From: Deltaproteobacteria bacterium
GTDB taxonomy: Bacteria > Desulfobacterota > Syntrophia > Syntrophales > Smithellaceae
Assembly (NCBI GenBank): GCA_025355175.1
Contig: JANYAF010000175.1
Location: forward strand, 882 to 64,881
Direction: 5' to 3'
Length of the DNA stretch: 64,000 nt
Below are positions 46,569 to 58,748 of the stretch, piece by piece; the first letter of the stretch is position 1; every line of letters starts with the position of its first letter. Made by a program: the position numbers and the translations under genes. The notes beneath the pieces are model-generated. The model saw nothing but the letters and a program-made list of their open reading frames with translations, had not been told where the DNA came from and did not search any database.

Positions 46569-46853
46569 CTATGGTTCGAATAAACTATTTTTTTCTGACA
46601 GATATTTTTCACAGCACGCCGAACCGCAAAAATACTGCTCCCGGCCGTTTATTTCTTTGACATACGCCTGACTCTTGGGAACGTAGATCTTGCAGAAAGG
46701 ATCCTGCACCAAATCTTCTCTCGTGGACAGCTTGGCGTGCATCTGGGAACCTTTTACATCCTGAGCTTTCACCCGCCTTAATATCATCACTACTATCCTA
46801 TAACCCACATAAAGCAACACTAAAATGACTAATACTTTAAGAATCATTATCAC
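46569..46853 (-). CDS. small membrane-anchored protein with C-terminal YHS/TRASH-like Cys motif
   Basis: 94 aa. N-terminal TM segment, then [14 protein letters not shown]...[10 protein letters not shown]. Confidence 0.6.
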   Translation of the reverse strand: MIMILKVLVILVLLYVGYRIVVMILRRVKAQDVKGSQMHAKLSTREDLVQDPFCKIYVPKSQAYVKEINGREQYFCGSACCEKYLSEKNSLFEP

Positions 46854-46859
46854 CTTCTT

Positions 46860-47393
46860 TTATTCACTATAGATAATTTCGACAATTTTTTGATCATCTA
46901 ATCTGTCTTTTAATCCACGCATCGAGACGCCAAATACCGGATGAATCAAATATGACGCAATTTCACACAGAGGTTCAAGCACAAAGCGCCGCTGATGCAT
47001 TTCGGGATGCGGAACAATCAAATCAGCTTCGCGAAGGATTTCCTGACCGTATAAAAGCAAATCAAGATCAATAATTCGAGGGCCGCCCTTGATCTTACGA
47101 ATCCGCCCCATTGTTTTTTCAATACCCTGCAATGCCCGCAAAAGATCTCCGGGCAAAAGCGTTGTTCGGATTTCTGCCACCACGTTGATGAACCAGTTTT
47201 GATTCTCAAGTTCTTCAATATGATCTCTAATACTTTGATTATCAATTACCGGTTCAGTTTTATAAAAAGATGAAATCCTTTCTAAAGCAATACCTGAAAC
47301 ACAAGACAGTTTGTAAACGGATTCTTTGCATTGCCTCAAAGGATCTCCCATATTGGAGCCAATGCCTATATAAGCAAGAATACCTTTCAACAT
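46860..47393 (-). CDS. folK: 2-amino-4-hydroxy-6-hydroxymethyldihydropteridine diphosphokinase
   Basis: 177 aa. YIGIGSNMGD start, GPRIIDLDLLLYG, and PHPEMHQRRFVLEPL. Confidence 0.93.
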   Translation of the reverse strand: MLKGILAYIGIGSNMGDPLRQCKESVYKLSCVSGIALERISSFYKTEPVIDNQSIRDHIEELENQNWFINVVAEIRTTLLPGDLLRALQGIEKTMGRIRKIKGGPRIIDLDLLLYGQEILREADLIVPHPEMHQRRFVLEPLCEIASYLIHPVFGVSMRGLKDRLDDQKIVEIIYSE

Positions 47394-47402
47394 AAATCCT
47401 GC

Positions 47403-48215
47403 TTAATGGATATTTTTCAGGCCTAAAACATCCTGCATGTCATACAGGCCGTTTTTCTGTTTTACAATCCATTGCGCCGCACGAATCGCCCCCTTAGCGA
47501 AATTGTCCCGGCTTTGCGCACGATGGATGAATTCCAGTCTTTCTCCAATGCCACCGAAAATCACCGTATGCTCGCCCACAATGTCACCGGCCCGGATGGT
47601 CTGGATGCCGATTTCCGTTTTTGTGCGTTCTCCGATCAATCCCCGGCGCGTATAAATCGCTTCCTTGTTAACGTCTCGTCCCAGTTTGCCGGCAATCACC
47701 TGAGCCATCTGCATCGCTGTACCGCTAGGCGCATCTTTTTTCAAATGGTGATGGGCTTCGATGATTTCAACATCATAATCGTCATTGAGGATGCCGGAAC
47801 AATACTCCAGCACTTTTAGCATCACATTGACGCCGACGCTCATATTCGGCGATAATACGCAGCGTGTTTTTTCGGCAAACCGGCTGACGATTTTCATTTC
47901 CTCAGGCGTGAATCCCGTGGAACCGATTACAATGCTGCGATTTTTATCGCTGGCAATTTTTAGATACTGCAAAGAAGCTTCATGATTGGTAAAGTCGATC
48001 ACCACATCCGCCTGATCAATGCAATCGGTCAGCTTATCACTGACCAGCGCACCGGTTCGACCCAGGCCCAAGGAATGGCCGACGTCTCTTCCGATGATCG
48101 GATGGCCCGTCACCTCAATAGCCCCGACAACCCGGATATCTTCCATTACTGAAATAAGGCTGATAATTCTGCCTCCCATTTTTCCACCCGCGCCAGTGAC
48201 AATAGCCTTAACCAT
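47403..48215 (-). CDS. dapB: 4-hydroxy-tetrahydrodipicolinate reductase
   Basis: MVKAIVTGAGGKMG start with AGGAG 8 nt upstream, and EAHHHLKKDAPSGTA. The track start is a GTG 9 nt further upstream. Confidence 0.95.
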   Translation of the reverse strand: MVKAIVTGAGGKMGGRIISLISVMEDIRVVGAIEVTGHPIIGRDVGHSLGLGRTGALVSDKLTDCIDQADVVIDFTNHEASLQYLKIASDKNRSIVIGSTGFTPEEMKIVSRFAEKTRCVLSPNMSVGVNVMLKVLEYCSGILNDDYDVEIIEAHHHLKKDAPSGTAMQMAQVIAGKLGRDVNKEAIYTRRGLIGERTKTEIGIQTIRAGDIVGEHTVIFGGIGERLEFIHRAQSRDNFAKGAIRAAQWIVKQKNGLYDMQDVLGLKNIH

Positions 48216-48253
48216 AACACCCACTCCTTAGATTATCATTATTTTGGGCCTGA

Positions 48254-49129
48254 TCATGAGATCAAACCGTAATTCTCCATAACCTTTTTGAGTTTATCAT
48301 AATTCGCCGGGGCCATTTTGCAAAGCGGCAGCCGGTATTCATATTCAATTTTCCCCATCATCGCCAAAGCCGCTTTCACGGGAGTCGGATTCACTTCTAC
48401 AAAAAGAACGTCAAATAAAGGGCTCATCTTTTGATGCAACACTCGCGCTTTGGCCAGATGGCCTTCGAAAGCGGCATCGACCAGGGCGGCCATATCAGCG
48501 GGAACAATATTGGACGTAACGGAAATGATGCCCTTCCCGCCAATAGCCATCAGGGGAAGTGTAAATCCGTCGTCGCCGGATAAAACGTCAAATTCCGGAC
48601 CACACAAATCAATCACATCGTTCATCTGCTTGAGCGAACCGGACGCCTCCTTAACACCGACAATATTGCTGATTGCTGCCAGACGGACAATCAGTTCCGG
48701 CGACATATTCACACCGGTCCTTCCGGGGATATTATAGGGAATAATCGGAATCGGCACATTTTGTGCGATCAGTTGAAAATGCAGAAAGAGACCTTCCTGC
48801 GTCGGTTTGTTATAATAAGGACAGGCAATCAATGCGCCGTCCGCGCCCGCCTCATAAGCGTGTTTGGTCAAACGCAGCGCTTCCACTGTGCTGTTCGATC
48901 CCGTTCCGGCAATCACCGGCACTCTTTTTTGAGCCGCGTCTATCGTAATTTCAATCACCCGGTCATGTTCGTCATGGGTCAGGGTCGGTGATTCACCTGT
49001 TGTCCCGCAGGGCACCAGACCATCGATGCCACTCTCGATCTGAAATTCAATCAATTCCCGCAGGGCTTTTTCATCCACCTGACCATTTTTAAAAGGCGTT
49101 ACCAAAGCGGTAATGGCTCCTCTAAACAT
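48254..49129 (-). CDS. dapA: 4-hydroxy-tetrahydrodipicolinate synthase
   Basis: 291 aa. GTTGESPTL, YNKPTQEG, and Schiff-base lysine context VGVKEASG. Confidence 0.96.
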   Translation of the reverse strand: MFRGAITALVTPFKNGQVDEKALRELIEFQIESGIDGLVPCGTTGESPTLTHDEHDRVIEITIDAAQKRVPVIAGTGSNSTVEALRLTKHAYEAGADGALIACPYYNKPTQEGLFLHFQLIAQNVPIPIIPYNIPGRTGVNMSPELIVRLAAISNIVGVKEASGSLKQMNDVIDLCGPEFDVLSGDDGFTLPLMAIGGKGIISVTSNIVPADMAALVDAAFEGHLAKARVLHQKMSPLFDVLFVEVNPTPVKAALAMMGKIEYEYRLPLCKMAPANYDKLKKVMENYGLIS

Positions 49130-49153
49130 AAAAAATGCCTCCTGGATTTTTGT

Positions 49154-49600
49154 TTATTTAAAATCTATTTCTACGGTTTGCGATTCCCGGCAAACGTCGG
49201 CTTTATCGCACAGCTTTAAACGGTAACTGTATATTTTCCCTTTTTCGACAAGCGAATCGGCGAATCTGTAATCACTTTTTTCATTTTTAACATTCAAAAC
49301 CTGCAACTGACCGATTTTTTCGAATGTGCGCGGGCAATCCCTGCAAATATTTCCTGTGCTACCCAGTTGACTTTTCTCAATAGTAGTGTGGCTGATTTTT
49401 TCATCTGGGTTTTGCATCTGCCAAGTCAGCACAACGGCGTTTCCATCGGCGGACACCGTTAATTTCTGTTTACCTTGCTTCGGTTCAACGGCAGACGCCG
49501 ATGGAGTGGGATTTGCCTTCAGTCCGCAACCGGCCACCAGAAGAGTCAAAGCCAGTCCAAAAAATATTTTATTTTTTGTTGAGAATTTTTTCAAATTCAC
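49154..49600 (-). CDS. hypothetical lipoprotein
   Basis: 148 aa. Signal peptide with lipobox LVAGC and a beta-rich mature part containing a CRDC pair. The start lies 32 nt inside the argH 3' end. Confidence 0.6.
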   Translation of the reverse strand: MNLKKFSTKNKIFFGLALTLLVAGCGLKANPTPSASAVEPKQGKQKLTVSADGNAVVLTWQMQNPDEKISHTTIEKSQLGSTGNICRDCPRTFEKIGQLQVLNVKNEKSDYRFADSLVEKGKIYSYRLKLCDKADVCRESQTVEIDFK

Positions 49601-50957
49601 GAATCCTTTCTTTCACGACCGCTGTCGCCGTACCGCCCCGATGCTTGCGTGCATTAATGGAATTCTCCGGTTTTACTCTTGAAGCGATGTCCGCTCTAAA
49701 TCCCGCATAATATTTCTGATAATCACTTAGCCCTAGATCAGCGAATGTTTTTTTGCTTTTGACCAAGTTGGCAACAATATTGCCGACAATTTCATGCGCC
49801 TGACGGAAAGGAACGCCTTTTTCTACAAGATATTCGGCCACGTCTGTCGCCGTGGAGAAACCACCGCTCGCTGCCTGGTACATTCTTGCGGCGTTAAATG
49901 TTGTATGAGCCAGCATTTCCGTAAAAATAGACAGACAATCCTTGACTGTATCCACCGCATCAAACAGCGGCTCCTTGTCCTCCTGCAGATCACGATTGTA
50001 GGTCATGGGCAGCCCCTTAAGCAGCGTCAGAATCGCGAACAAATCGCCATAAACCCGCGCAGCCTTGCCCCGAATCAATTCCGCGATATCCGGATTTTTC
50101 TTCTGGGGCATAATGCTGCTGCCGGTGGTGTAGGCATCCGAAATGTCAGCGAAACCAAATTCATCGGACGACCACAAAACCAAATCCTCGCAAAAGCGGC
50201 TCAAATGGGTCATAGATAGCGAGGCCACAAAAATAAATTCTGCAATATAGTCTCGGTCCGCTACCGTATCCATGCTGTTTGCGCTCACAGCAGGAAAATT
50301 TAAAAGTTCAGCCGTTCGGCTGCGGTCAATCGATAACCCAGTCCCGGCCAAAGCCACGGCACCCAAAGGCAAAACGTTGAGCCGTTTTTTGCAGTCGCCA
50401 AGTCGCTGTTCATCGCGGGAGAACATCTCCGCGAACGCCAAAAAATAATGAGAGAGTAACACCGGTTGCGCCTTTTGCATATGAGTGTAGCCGGGCATGA
50501 TGGTTGAAATCTCGCTTTTGGCCAGCTTGATCAACTGCTTTTGCAGACCCGTGAGTAGATGGACAATACCGTCAATTTCCGCACGCAGAAAAAGCCGGAC
50601 ATCCAGGGCAATTTGATCGTTACGGCTGCGCGCGGTATGCAGTTTTCCGCCCGCCGATCCGACACGTCCAATCAGTTCTTTTTCAATGGCCATATGAATA
50701 TCTTCATCGGCCGGATCAAAAACAAATTCGCCCTTTTCCATATCGAAGAGAATGTTTTTCAATCCGCGGATAATCGAAGCCGCATCTTTGTGGGAAATAA
50801 TTTTCTGGTCTGCGAGCATCGTTGCGTGGGCGATGGATCCTTGAATATCGTAGCGATAAAGCCTTGAATCGTAATGCAGGGAAGATGTAAATTTCTCCAC
50901 ATTTTTGGCCGTGGCTTCTTCAAAACGTCCCGCCCATGGTTTTTTGCTCTCTGTCAT
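49569..50957 (-). CDS. argH: argininosuccinate lyase
   Basis: 462 aa. Fumarate-lyase signature GSSIMPQKKNPD. Confidence 0.97.
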   Translation of the reverse strand: MTESKKPWAGRFEEATAKNVEKFTSSLHYDSRLYRYDIQGSIAHATMLADQKIISHKDAASIIRGLKNILFDMEKGEFVFDPADEDIHMAIEKELIGRVGSAGGKLHTARSRNDQIALDVRLFLRAEIDGIVHLLTGLQKQLIKLAKSEISTIMPGYTHMQKAQPVLLSHYFLAFAEMFSRDEQRLGDCKKRLNVLPLGAVALAGTGLSIDRSRTAELLNFPAVSANSMDTVADRDYIAEFIFVASLSMTHLSRFCEDLVLWSSDEFGFADISDAYTTGSSIMPQKKNPDIAELIRGKAARVYGDLFAILTLLKGLPMTYNRDLQEDKEPLFDAVDTVKDCLSIFTEMLAHTTFNAARMYQAASGGFSTATDVAEYLVEKGVPFRQAHEIVGNIVANLVKSKKTFADLGLSDYQKYYAGFRADIASRVKPENSINARKHRGGTATAVVKERIREFEKILNKK

Positions 50958-50976
50958 GAAGTTGCTCTCCGTAAAA

Positions 50977-52191
50977 CTAGGGTTTGTTTTTCAAAATATT
51001 CTGAATCCGCAGACGCAGACCGTTGAGGCGGATAAATCCGGTCGCGTCTTTCTGGTTATACACCTGATCCTTTTCAAATGTGGCAAAAGCTTCGCTATAG
51101 AGCGAGTTGGGCGACTTACGCCCGACGACAATGCAATTGCCTTTATAGAGCTTCATCCTGGCCGTACCGGTAACATTTTCCTGAGTCGCGTCAATGTAAG
51201 TCTGAAGCGTCTTCATCTCCGGTGAATACCAGAAACCGTTGTAGACCAACTGCGCATATTTGGGAATCAGTGAATCTCGCATGATCATGACTTCGCGATC
51301 CATCGTAATGGACTCTACCGCACGATGCGCCGCCCATAAGACTGTACCTCCCGGGGTTTCATAAACGCCGCGGGATTTCATGCCGACAAAACGGTTTTCC
51401 ACCATATCCAGCCTGCCGATGCCATTATTGCCGGCAATGATATTGATGGTATCCATTAATTTTGCCGGTGACATTTTTTTTCCATTGATGGCGACGGGAT
51501 TTCCTTTTTTAAAATCGATTTCCACATAGGTGGGTTTATCCGGCGCGGCCTCAGGCGACTTGGTCAGCACAAAAATATCTTCAGGCGGTTCCGCCCAGGT
51601 GTCTTCCAGAATACCGCCTTCATGCGATATATGCAGCAGGTTGCGGTCGGAACTATAGGGCTTGGCTTTGGTCAGCGTAATGGGAATCTTATACTTCTTT
51701 GCATAATCGATCATGGATTCCCGGGAATTGAATTTCCAGTGTTCGTCCCGCCACGTTGCAATAATGTTGATGGACGGATTTAAGGCAATGTAAGTCAGTT
51801 CAAAGCGTACCTGGTCGTTGCCTTTGCCGGTAGCGCCGTGGGAAACGGAATCCGCACCTTCCATCTGAGCAATTTCAATTTGTCGTTTGGCAATAAGCGG
51901 TCGGGCCAGTGACGTGCCCAGCAGATACGTGCCTTCGTAAATCGCGTTGGCGCGCAGGGCCGGAAAAACAAAATCACGGGCAAATTCTTCCTGCAGGTTG
52001 TCAATATATATTTTGCTGGCGCCGGTGTTGATGGCTTTTTCTTCCAGGCCTGATAATTCTTCTTTCTGCCCCACATCGGCGGCAAAACAGATCACTTCGC
52101 ATTTATATGTTTCAATCAGCCATCTGACAATCACGGATGTGTCCAATCCGCCGGAATAAGCCAACACTACTTTTTTAATTTTATTTGCCAC
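50977..52191 (-). CDS. argG: argininosuccinate synthase
   Basis: 404 aa. [10 protein letters not shown]-loop and [13 protein letters not shown]. Confidence 0.97.
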   Translation of the reverse strand: MANKIKKVVLAYSGGLDTSVIVRWLIETYKCEVICFAADVGQKEELSGLEEKAINTGASKIYIDNLQEEFARDFVFPALRANAIYEGTYLLGTSLARPLIAKRQIEIAQMEGADSVSHGATGKGNDQVRFELTYIALNPSINIIATWRDEHWKFNSRESMIDYAKKYKIPITLTKAKPYSSDRNLLHISHEGGILEDTWAEPPEDIFVLTKSPEAAPDKPTYVEIDFKKGNPVAINGKKMSPAKLMDTINIIAGNNGIGRLDMVENRFVGMKSRGVYETPGGTVLWAAHRAVESITMDREVMIMRDSLIPKYAQLVYNGFWYSPEMKTLQTYIDATQENVTGTARMKLYKGNCIVVGRKSPNSLYSEAFATFEKDQVYNQKDATGFIRLNGLRLRIQNILKNKP

Positions 52192-52203
52192 AATTCTTTC
52201 CTC

Positions 52204-53112
52204 CTAAATCAATATTTCTAAAATGGCCTTTTGCACATGCAGACGGTTTTCGGCTTCATCAATCACGACGGATTGAGAGCCGTCAATGACGTCAGCGGTA
52301 ATTTCCTCGCCGCGGTGCGCGGGCAGACAATGCATGACGATGGCATCTTTTTTCGCCACACCCAAAAGCTTACGGTTAATCTGGTAATTTGTAAATATCG
52401 TTTTTCGCTCCTGAGACTCGGCCTCCTGTCCCATGCTCGTCCAAACATCCGTGTAGAGCACATCAGCGTCACGCGTGGCATCGAAAGGATCACGATACAG
52501 ACGGACACGCTCTTTCCCGACTTTTTTGTTTTCCGCCATAATCCGGCAGTCCGGATCGTAGCCTTCAGGACAGGCCAGCGCGAGCTCGAATGGCAGACAC
52601 GTCGCTGCTTCGATCCAGCTGTTGGCAATATTGTTGCCGTCTCCGATATAGGCTACCTTAACGCCTTCACAAGACCCTTTTTTTTCCCTGATCGTAAACA
52701 AGTCCGCTAGAATCTGACAGGGATGGAGCAGATCCGTCAGACCATTGATGACTGGAATGGACGCATATCGGGCCAGCTCTTCAACACTTTCCTGAGCAAA
52801 GGTCCGAATCATAATCCCATTGAGATAGCACGACATCATCCTTGCTGAATCCGCGAGGGTTTCACCGCGGCCAATCTGTGTATCACGCGAATTTAAAAAA
52901 AGCGCGATGCCGCCTAACTGGTACATGCCAACTTCAAATGAAATCCTGGTCCGTGTGGAAGACTTGTCAAAAATCATGCCCAGCGTCTTGCCTTGAAGAG
53001 ACGCGTGTTCCCTGCCTTCCTTCAGCATTTTTTTGAGCCGGGCGGTTCTTTGCCAGATTTCTTCAAAATCCGCCGGTTTCATCTCAGCAAAACCGAGCAA
53101 GTCTTTTTTCAT
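52204..53112 (-). CDS. argF: ornithine carbamoyltransferase
   Basis: 302 aa. SSTRTR, HPCQ, and HCLP motifs. Confidence 0.96.
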   Translation of the reverse strand: MKKDLLGFAEMKPADFEEIWQRTARLKKMLKEGREHASLQGKTLGMIFDKSSTRTRISFEVGMYQLGGIALFLNSRDTQIGRGETLADSARMMSCYLNGIMIRTFAQESVEELARYASIPVINGLTDLLHPCQILADLFTIREKKGSCEGVKVAYIGDGNNIANSWIEAATCLPFELALACPEGYDPDCRIMAENKKVGKERVRLYRDPFDATRDADVLYTDVWTSMGQEAESQERKTIFTNYQINRKLLGVAKKDAIVMHCLPAHRGEEITADVIDGSQSVVIDEAENRLHVQKAILEILI

Positions 53113-54299
53113 TTCCCCTCCATAACCTCATCCAGTATGGAAATTGCCGCATCGATATCGTTTTGCGTAATAATCAGCGGCGGAACAAAACGCAGCGTTT
53201 TGGCGCCGGTGCAGTTAATAAGCAATCCCCGTTCCTGACAGGTCTTGACAATATCCGCGCCTTCAATGGTCAGCGCACAGGCCAGCATAAGGCCTCTTCC
53301 CCGAACGCCGGAAATGATCGCATGCTTTGCCTTCAGGGTTTGAAGTTTTGCCAGGAAATAGTCTCCCATTTTTTGGCAATTTTCTAAAACTCCCTCGTCC
53401 AGCATCGTTTTCAATGTAGCGTTGGCCGCCGCCATGGCCAGCAAGTTGCCACCGAACGTGGACGCGTGATTGCCCGGACTGAAAGCTTTTGCGATTTCAT
53501 TGGTCGCCAGCATTGCGCCCACAGGAAAACCATTACCCAGAGCTTTAGCCAGTGTCATGATATCGGGCTTAATACCGGAATATTCATAAGCAAATAACTT
53601 ACCTGTCCGTCCGATGCCGGTCTGCACCTCATCAAGAATCATTAAAATCTTATGCCTGTTGCAAATATCCCTGACCCGGGCCAGATATTGTTCGTCGGGA
53701 ATAATCACCCCGCCCTCCCCTTGAATCGGCTCCAGCATGATACCGCAGGTCTTGGGCGAAATGGCCGCCTCCAGCGCCACCGGATCGTTAAAAGGCGCGT
53801 AAATAAAGCCGTCCAGAAGCGGCGTGAAACCGAACTGAAATTTCTCCTGCCCCGTGGCGGTGATGGTCGCCATGGTCCGGCCGTGAAAGGAATCTTTCAT
53901 CGTAATGAGTTCAAATTTATTTGCGCCCATATTTTCATGGGCATATTTTCGCGCCAATTTGATGGCCGCCTCGTTGGCTTCCGCGCCGCTGTTGCAGAAA
54001 AAGGCTTTGTCGGCAAATGAATGCTTCACAAGAAGCGCGGCCACCTCAGCCTGCGGTTGGGTGTAATACAGGTTGGAAACATGCGTCAGATTTTTCACCT
54101 GCTTTTTTATCGCTTTCACCACATTCGGATGTGAATGCCCCAGATTGCACACGGCGATGCCCGCAACAAAATCGAGATATTCTTTGCCATTTACGTCCCA
54201 GAGCCTGGCTCCCTCACCCTTTCCCAGCGCAATCGGTACCCGCCTGTAGGTGTTCATTATATTCTGATCGGCCAGCGCCATGATTTTTTTTTCTTTCAT
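53109..54299 (-). CDS. argD: acetylornithine aminotransferase
   Basis: 396 aa. Class III aminotransferase with LDEVQTGIGRTGK and PLP-lysine context TLAKALG. Confidence 0.95.
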   Translation of the reverse strand: MKEKKIMALADQNIMNTYRRVPIALGKGEGARLWDVNGKEYLDFVAGIAVCNLGHSHPNVVKAIKKQVKNLTHVSNLYYTQPQAEVAALLVKHSFADKAFFCNSGAEANEAAIKLARKYAHENMGANKFELITMKDSFHGRTMATITATGQEKFQFGFTPLLDGFIYAPFNDPVALEAAISPKTCGIMLEPIQGEGGVIIPDEQYLARVRDICNRHKILMILDEVQTGIGRTGKLFAYEYSGIKPDIMTLAKALGNGFPVGAMLATNEIAKAFSPGNHASTFGGNLLAMAAANATLKTMLDEGVLENCQKMGDYFLAKLQTLKAKHAIISGVRGRGLMLACALTIEGADIVKTCQERGLLINCTGAKTLRFVPPLIITQNDIDAAISILDEVMEGK

Positions 54300-54318
54300 T
54301 GTCTATTCTTCTTTCATT

Positions 54319-56617
<2,299 letters not shown>

Positions 56618-56621
56618 TTTT

Positions 56622-57209
56622 TTAACATGCTCCTTGTTTTTTGCTCTTTTTGACTTCTTTCGGTTTCTCTTCATTCAGATCAATTTCTTCAAGAGTAATA
56701 TGATCATTGGTATAAATACAAATTTCTGAGGCGATTTTCATCGATTCTTTGGCGATTTCCGTGGCGGATAGATTGCTGTGCTTCACCAGCGCGCGTGCCG
56801 CTGCCTGAGCAAAGGCGCCGCCTGATCCGATGGCCATCACATCATCGTCGGATTCAATAACATCGCCGTTTCCCGAAATAATCAGTGAATAATCGCGGTT
56901 GACCGCAATCATCAAGGCTTCCAGGTGTCGTAATACCCGGTCGGTGCGCCAATCCTTGGTCAGTTCTACCGCCGCGCGCAACAGGTTGCCGTTGTATTGC
57001 TCCAGCTTTTGATCGAAGCGGTCAAACAGCGTGAAGGCGTCGGCGGTCGCTCCCGCGAACCCGACGACCACTTCATTGTTATAAAGTCTGCGCACCTTGC
57101 GTGCACCGTGTTTCAGGATCGTCGTATCCAGCGTCACCTGACCGTCGCCGGCTACGGTTATTTTATCGTCTTTCTTAACGGCCAGTATGGTGGTACCTTT
57201 AATGTGCAT
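56622..57209 (-). CDS. hslV: ATP-dependent protease subunit HslV
   Basis: 195 aa. [11 protein letters not shown], with the catalytic Thr after processing, and GSGG. Has a Lys-rich C-terminal tail. Confidence 0.95.
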   Translation of the reverse strand: MHIKGTTILAVKKDDKITVAGDGQVTLDTTILKHGARKVRRLYNNEVVVGFAGATADAFTLFDRFDQKLEQYNGNLLRAAVELTKDWRTDRVLRHLEALMIAVNRDYSLIISGNGDVIESDDDVMAIGSGGAFAQAAARALVKHSNLSATEIAKESMKIASEICIYTNDHITLEEIDLNEEKPKEVKKSKKQGAC

Positions 57210-57311
57210 TTTTTCTCCTATAAGTTCTGATTCCCGTGCCGCGCTTCGCTTGCACTTGATAAATTCGACTAAGGCTTTTTCCGGCGGCTACGCCTTGAAA
57301 AAAGCCAAGTC

Positions 57312-58232
57312 TCATTTACTTTTAGCCCGCGGGTGGGCTTTATCGTAAACTTCCATCAGGCGGTTAATATTGACCGCCGTGTATTTCTGCGTTGTGGAAA
57401 GACTCTCATGCCCCAGCATTTCCTGGATTGACCGTAAGTCCGCTCCGGCTGCAAGCAAATGTGTGGCGAAACTGTGACGAAGCGCGTGCGGACTGATCTT
57501 GCGTCCGATGCCGCTTTTAACAGTGGCCGCATCCACAATGCGGGCAATGCTTCTGGTGGTGATCCTTTTGCCGCGTACGTTTAAAAAAAACGCTCCACTC
57601 AATAAACTGGTAGAATTTTCTTTCCTCAAAATTTCCGTCGCGGACAAATATCTTCGGATTGCGTTGAGCGCAGGCCCGCCTACCGGAACGATTCTCTCCT
57701 TCTTTCCCTTGCCGCGCAACTTCACCAGCGCAGTGTTAAAATTTATATCTTCCGTATTCAACCCGGCCAGTTCAGCCAAACGCAACCCCGAAGAATAGAA
57801 TAACTCCAGCATCGCCTGGTCGCGCAAACCGGATGCGGAGTTATTGTCCTTGGAGGCGTTTAAAAGCTCAAAGGCTTCATCCACCGACAAAAAAGTCGGC
57901 ATGTATTTTTCCATCTTCGGTGTCTGGACACTCTGGGCCGGATTGCTTTTAATAATCCCTTCGCGTAACAAATACTTATAAAACGCCCTCAAAGAAGATA
58001 TCTTGCGATTGATGGATACTTTTTTCAACTTCCGACCATACAGGTAAGCGAGATAGGCCCGCATGGTTTCCGTCTGAACATCCAATATCTTTTTATGTGC
58101 TGATCTATTTTCCTGGCCTGTCAGGAATTCACTAAACTCCTCTACATCCGTCAGGTAAGCCCTTCGGGTATGTTTCGATACATTGCGCTCGACATCCAGA
58201 AATGTTCGAAATTCCGCGAGTAAGTTTTTCAT
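57312..58232 (-). CDS. xerC: site-specific tyrosine recombinase XerC
   Basis: 306 aa. R..HxxR..Y catalytic set (HALRHSFATHLL, LGHESLSTTQKYT). Conserved xerC-hslV-hslU synteny. Confidence 0.88.
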   Translation of the reverse strand: MKNLLAEFRTFLDVERNVSKHTRRAYLTDVEEFSEFLTGQENRSAHKKILDVQTETMRAYLAYLYGRKLKKVSINRKISSLRAFYKYLLREGIIKSNPAQSVQTPKMEKYMPTFLSVDEAFELLNASKDNNSASGLRDQAMLELFYSSGLRLAELAGLNTEDINFNTALVKLRGKGKKERIVPVGGPALNAIRRYLSATEILRKENSTSLLSGAFFLNVRGKRITTRSIARIVDAATVKSGIGRKISPHALRHSFATHLLAAGADLRSIQEMLGHESLSTTQKYTAVNINRLMEVYDKAHPRAKSK

Positions 58233-58235
58233 TTT

Positions 58236-58742
58236 TCACATTTTGTATTTCCCGAAATCTTCAGCGGACAAATTTTCCAGAAACTCTTTTATTTTGTCTT
58301 CCTTAAATTTATCAATGTCGGTAAGCTTCATCCCGAAATCAATATTGCGGGATTTCTCCAGCACGTTCTCTTCCACAAAGATGGACGCCTGCGCCCGCAG
58401 TGCCAGCGCAATGGCGTCGCTGGGCCGCGCATCAATCACGTAGGTTTGCCCTTCCCTGGTTAAATAAACACTGGCAAAAAATGTATTGTTGCGAATATCG
58501 ACAATTTCGATCCGATTGACTGTAACGTCCAGCGCTTTCATGCATTCATACAACAAGTCATGGGTCATCGGCCGGGAAAAGACAACATGCTCCAGTTCCG
58601 TGGCAATGGCGCTGGCTTCAAATAAACCAATCCAGATAGGAATAGCCTTACTTTCCTGCATGTCCTTCAAGATGACAATGGGTGTATTGGTGATCGGATC
58701 AATGGTCAATCCGGATACCTTCATCTCCAGCAGCATCTCCAA
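58236..58742 (-). CDS. bifunctional nuclease family protein (DUF151/BFN domain)
   Basis: 168 aa. PIVILKD...IPIWIGLFEASAIA...RPMTHDL pattern. Confidence 0.8.
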   Translation of the reverse strand: MEMLLEMKVSGLTIDPITNTPIVILKDMQESKAIPIWIGLFEASAIATELEHVVFSRPMTHDLLYECMKALDVTVNRIEIVDIRNNTFFASVYLTREGQTYVIDARPSDAIALALRAQASIFVEENVLEKSRNIDFGMKLTDIDKFKEDKIKEFLENLSAEDFGKYKM

Positions 58743-58748
58743 CCTCCT

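Noticed and set aside
56622-56674. Lys-rich C-terminal tail of HslV overlapping an alternative long N-terminus of HslU; possible frameshift or fusion
   Set aside because: Both genes are complete with standard motifs. The HslU Met at 56617 gives the canonical N-terminus 4 nt after the hslV stop. There is no evidence of a frameshift.
57312-58232. Tyrosine recombinase as a possible integrase marking a mobile element
   Set aside because: It sits in the conserved xerC-hslV-hslU arrangement. There are no flanking repeats, no adjacent tRNA and no cargo genes, so it is a housekeeping chromosome-dimer resolvase.
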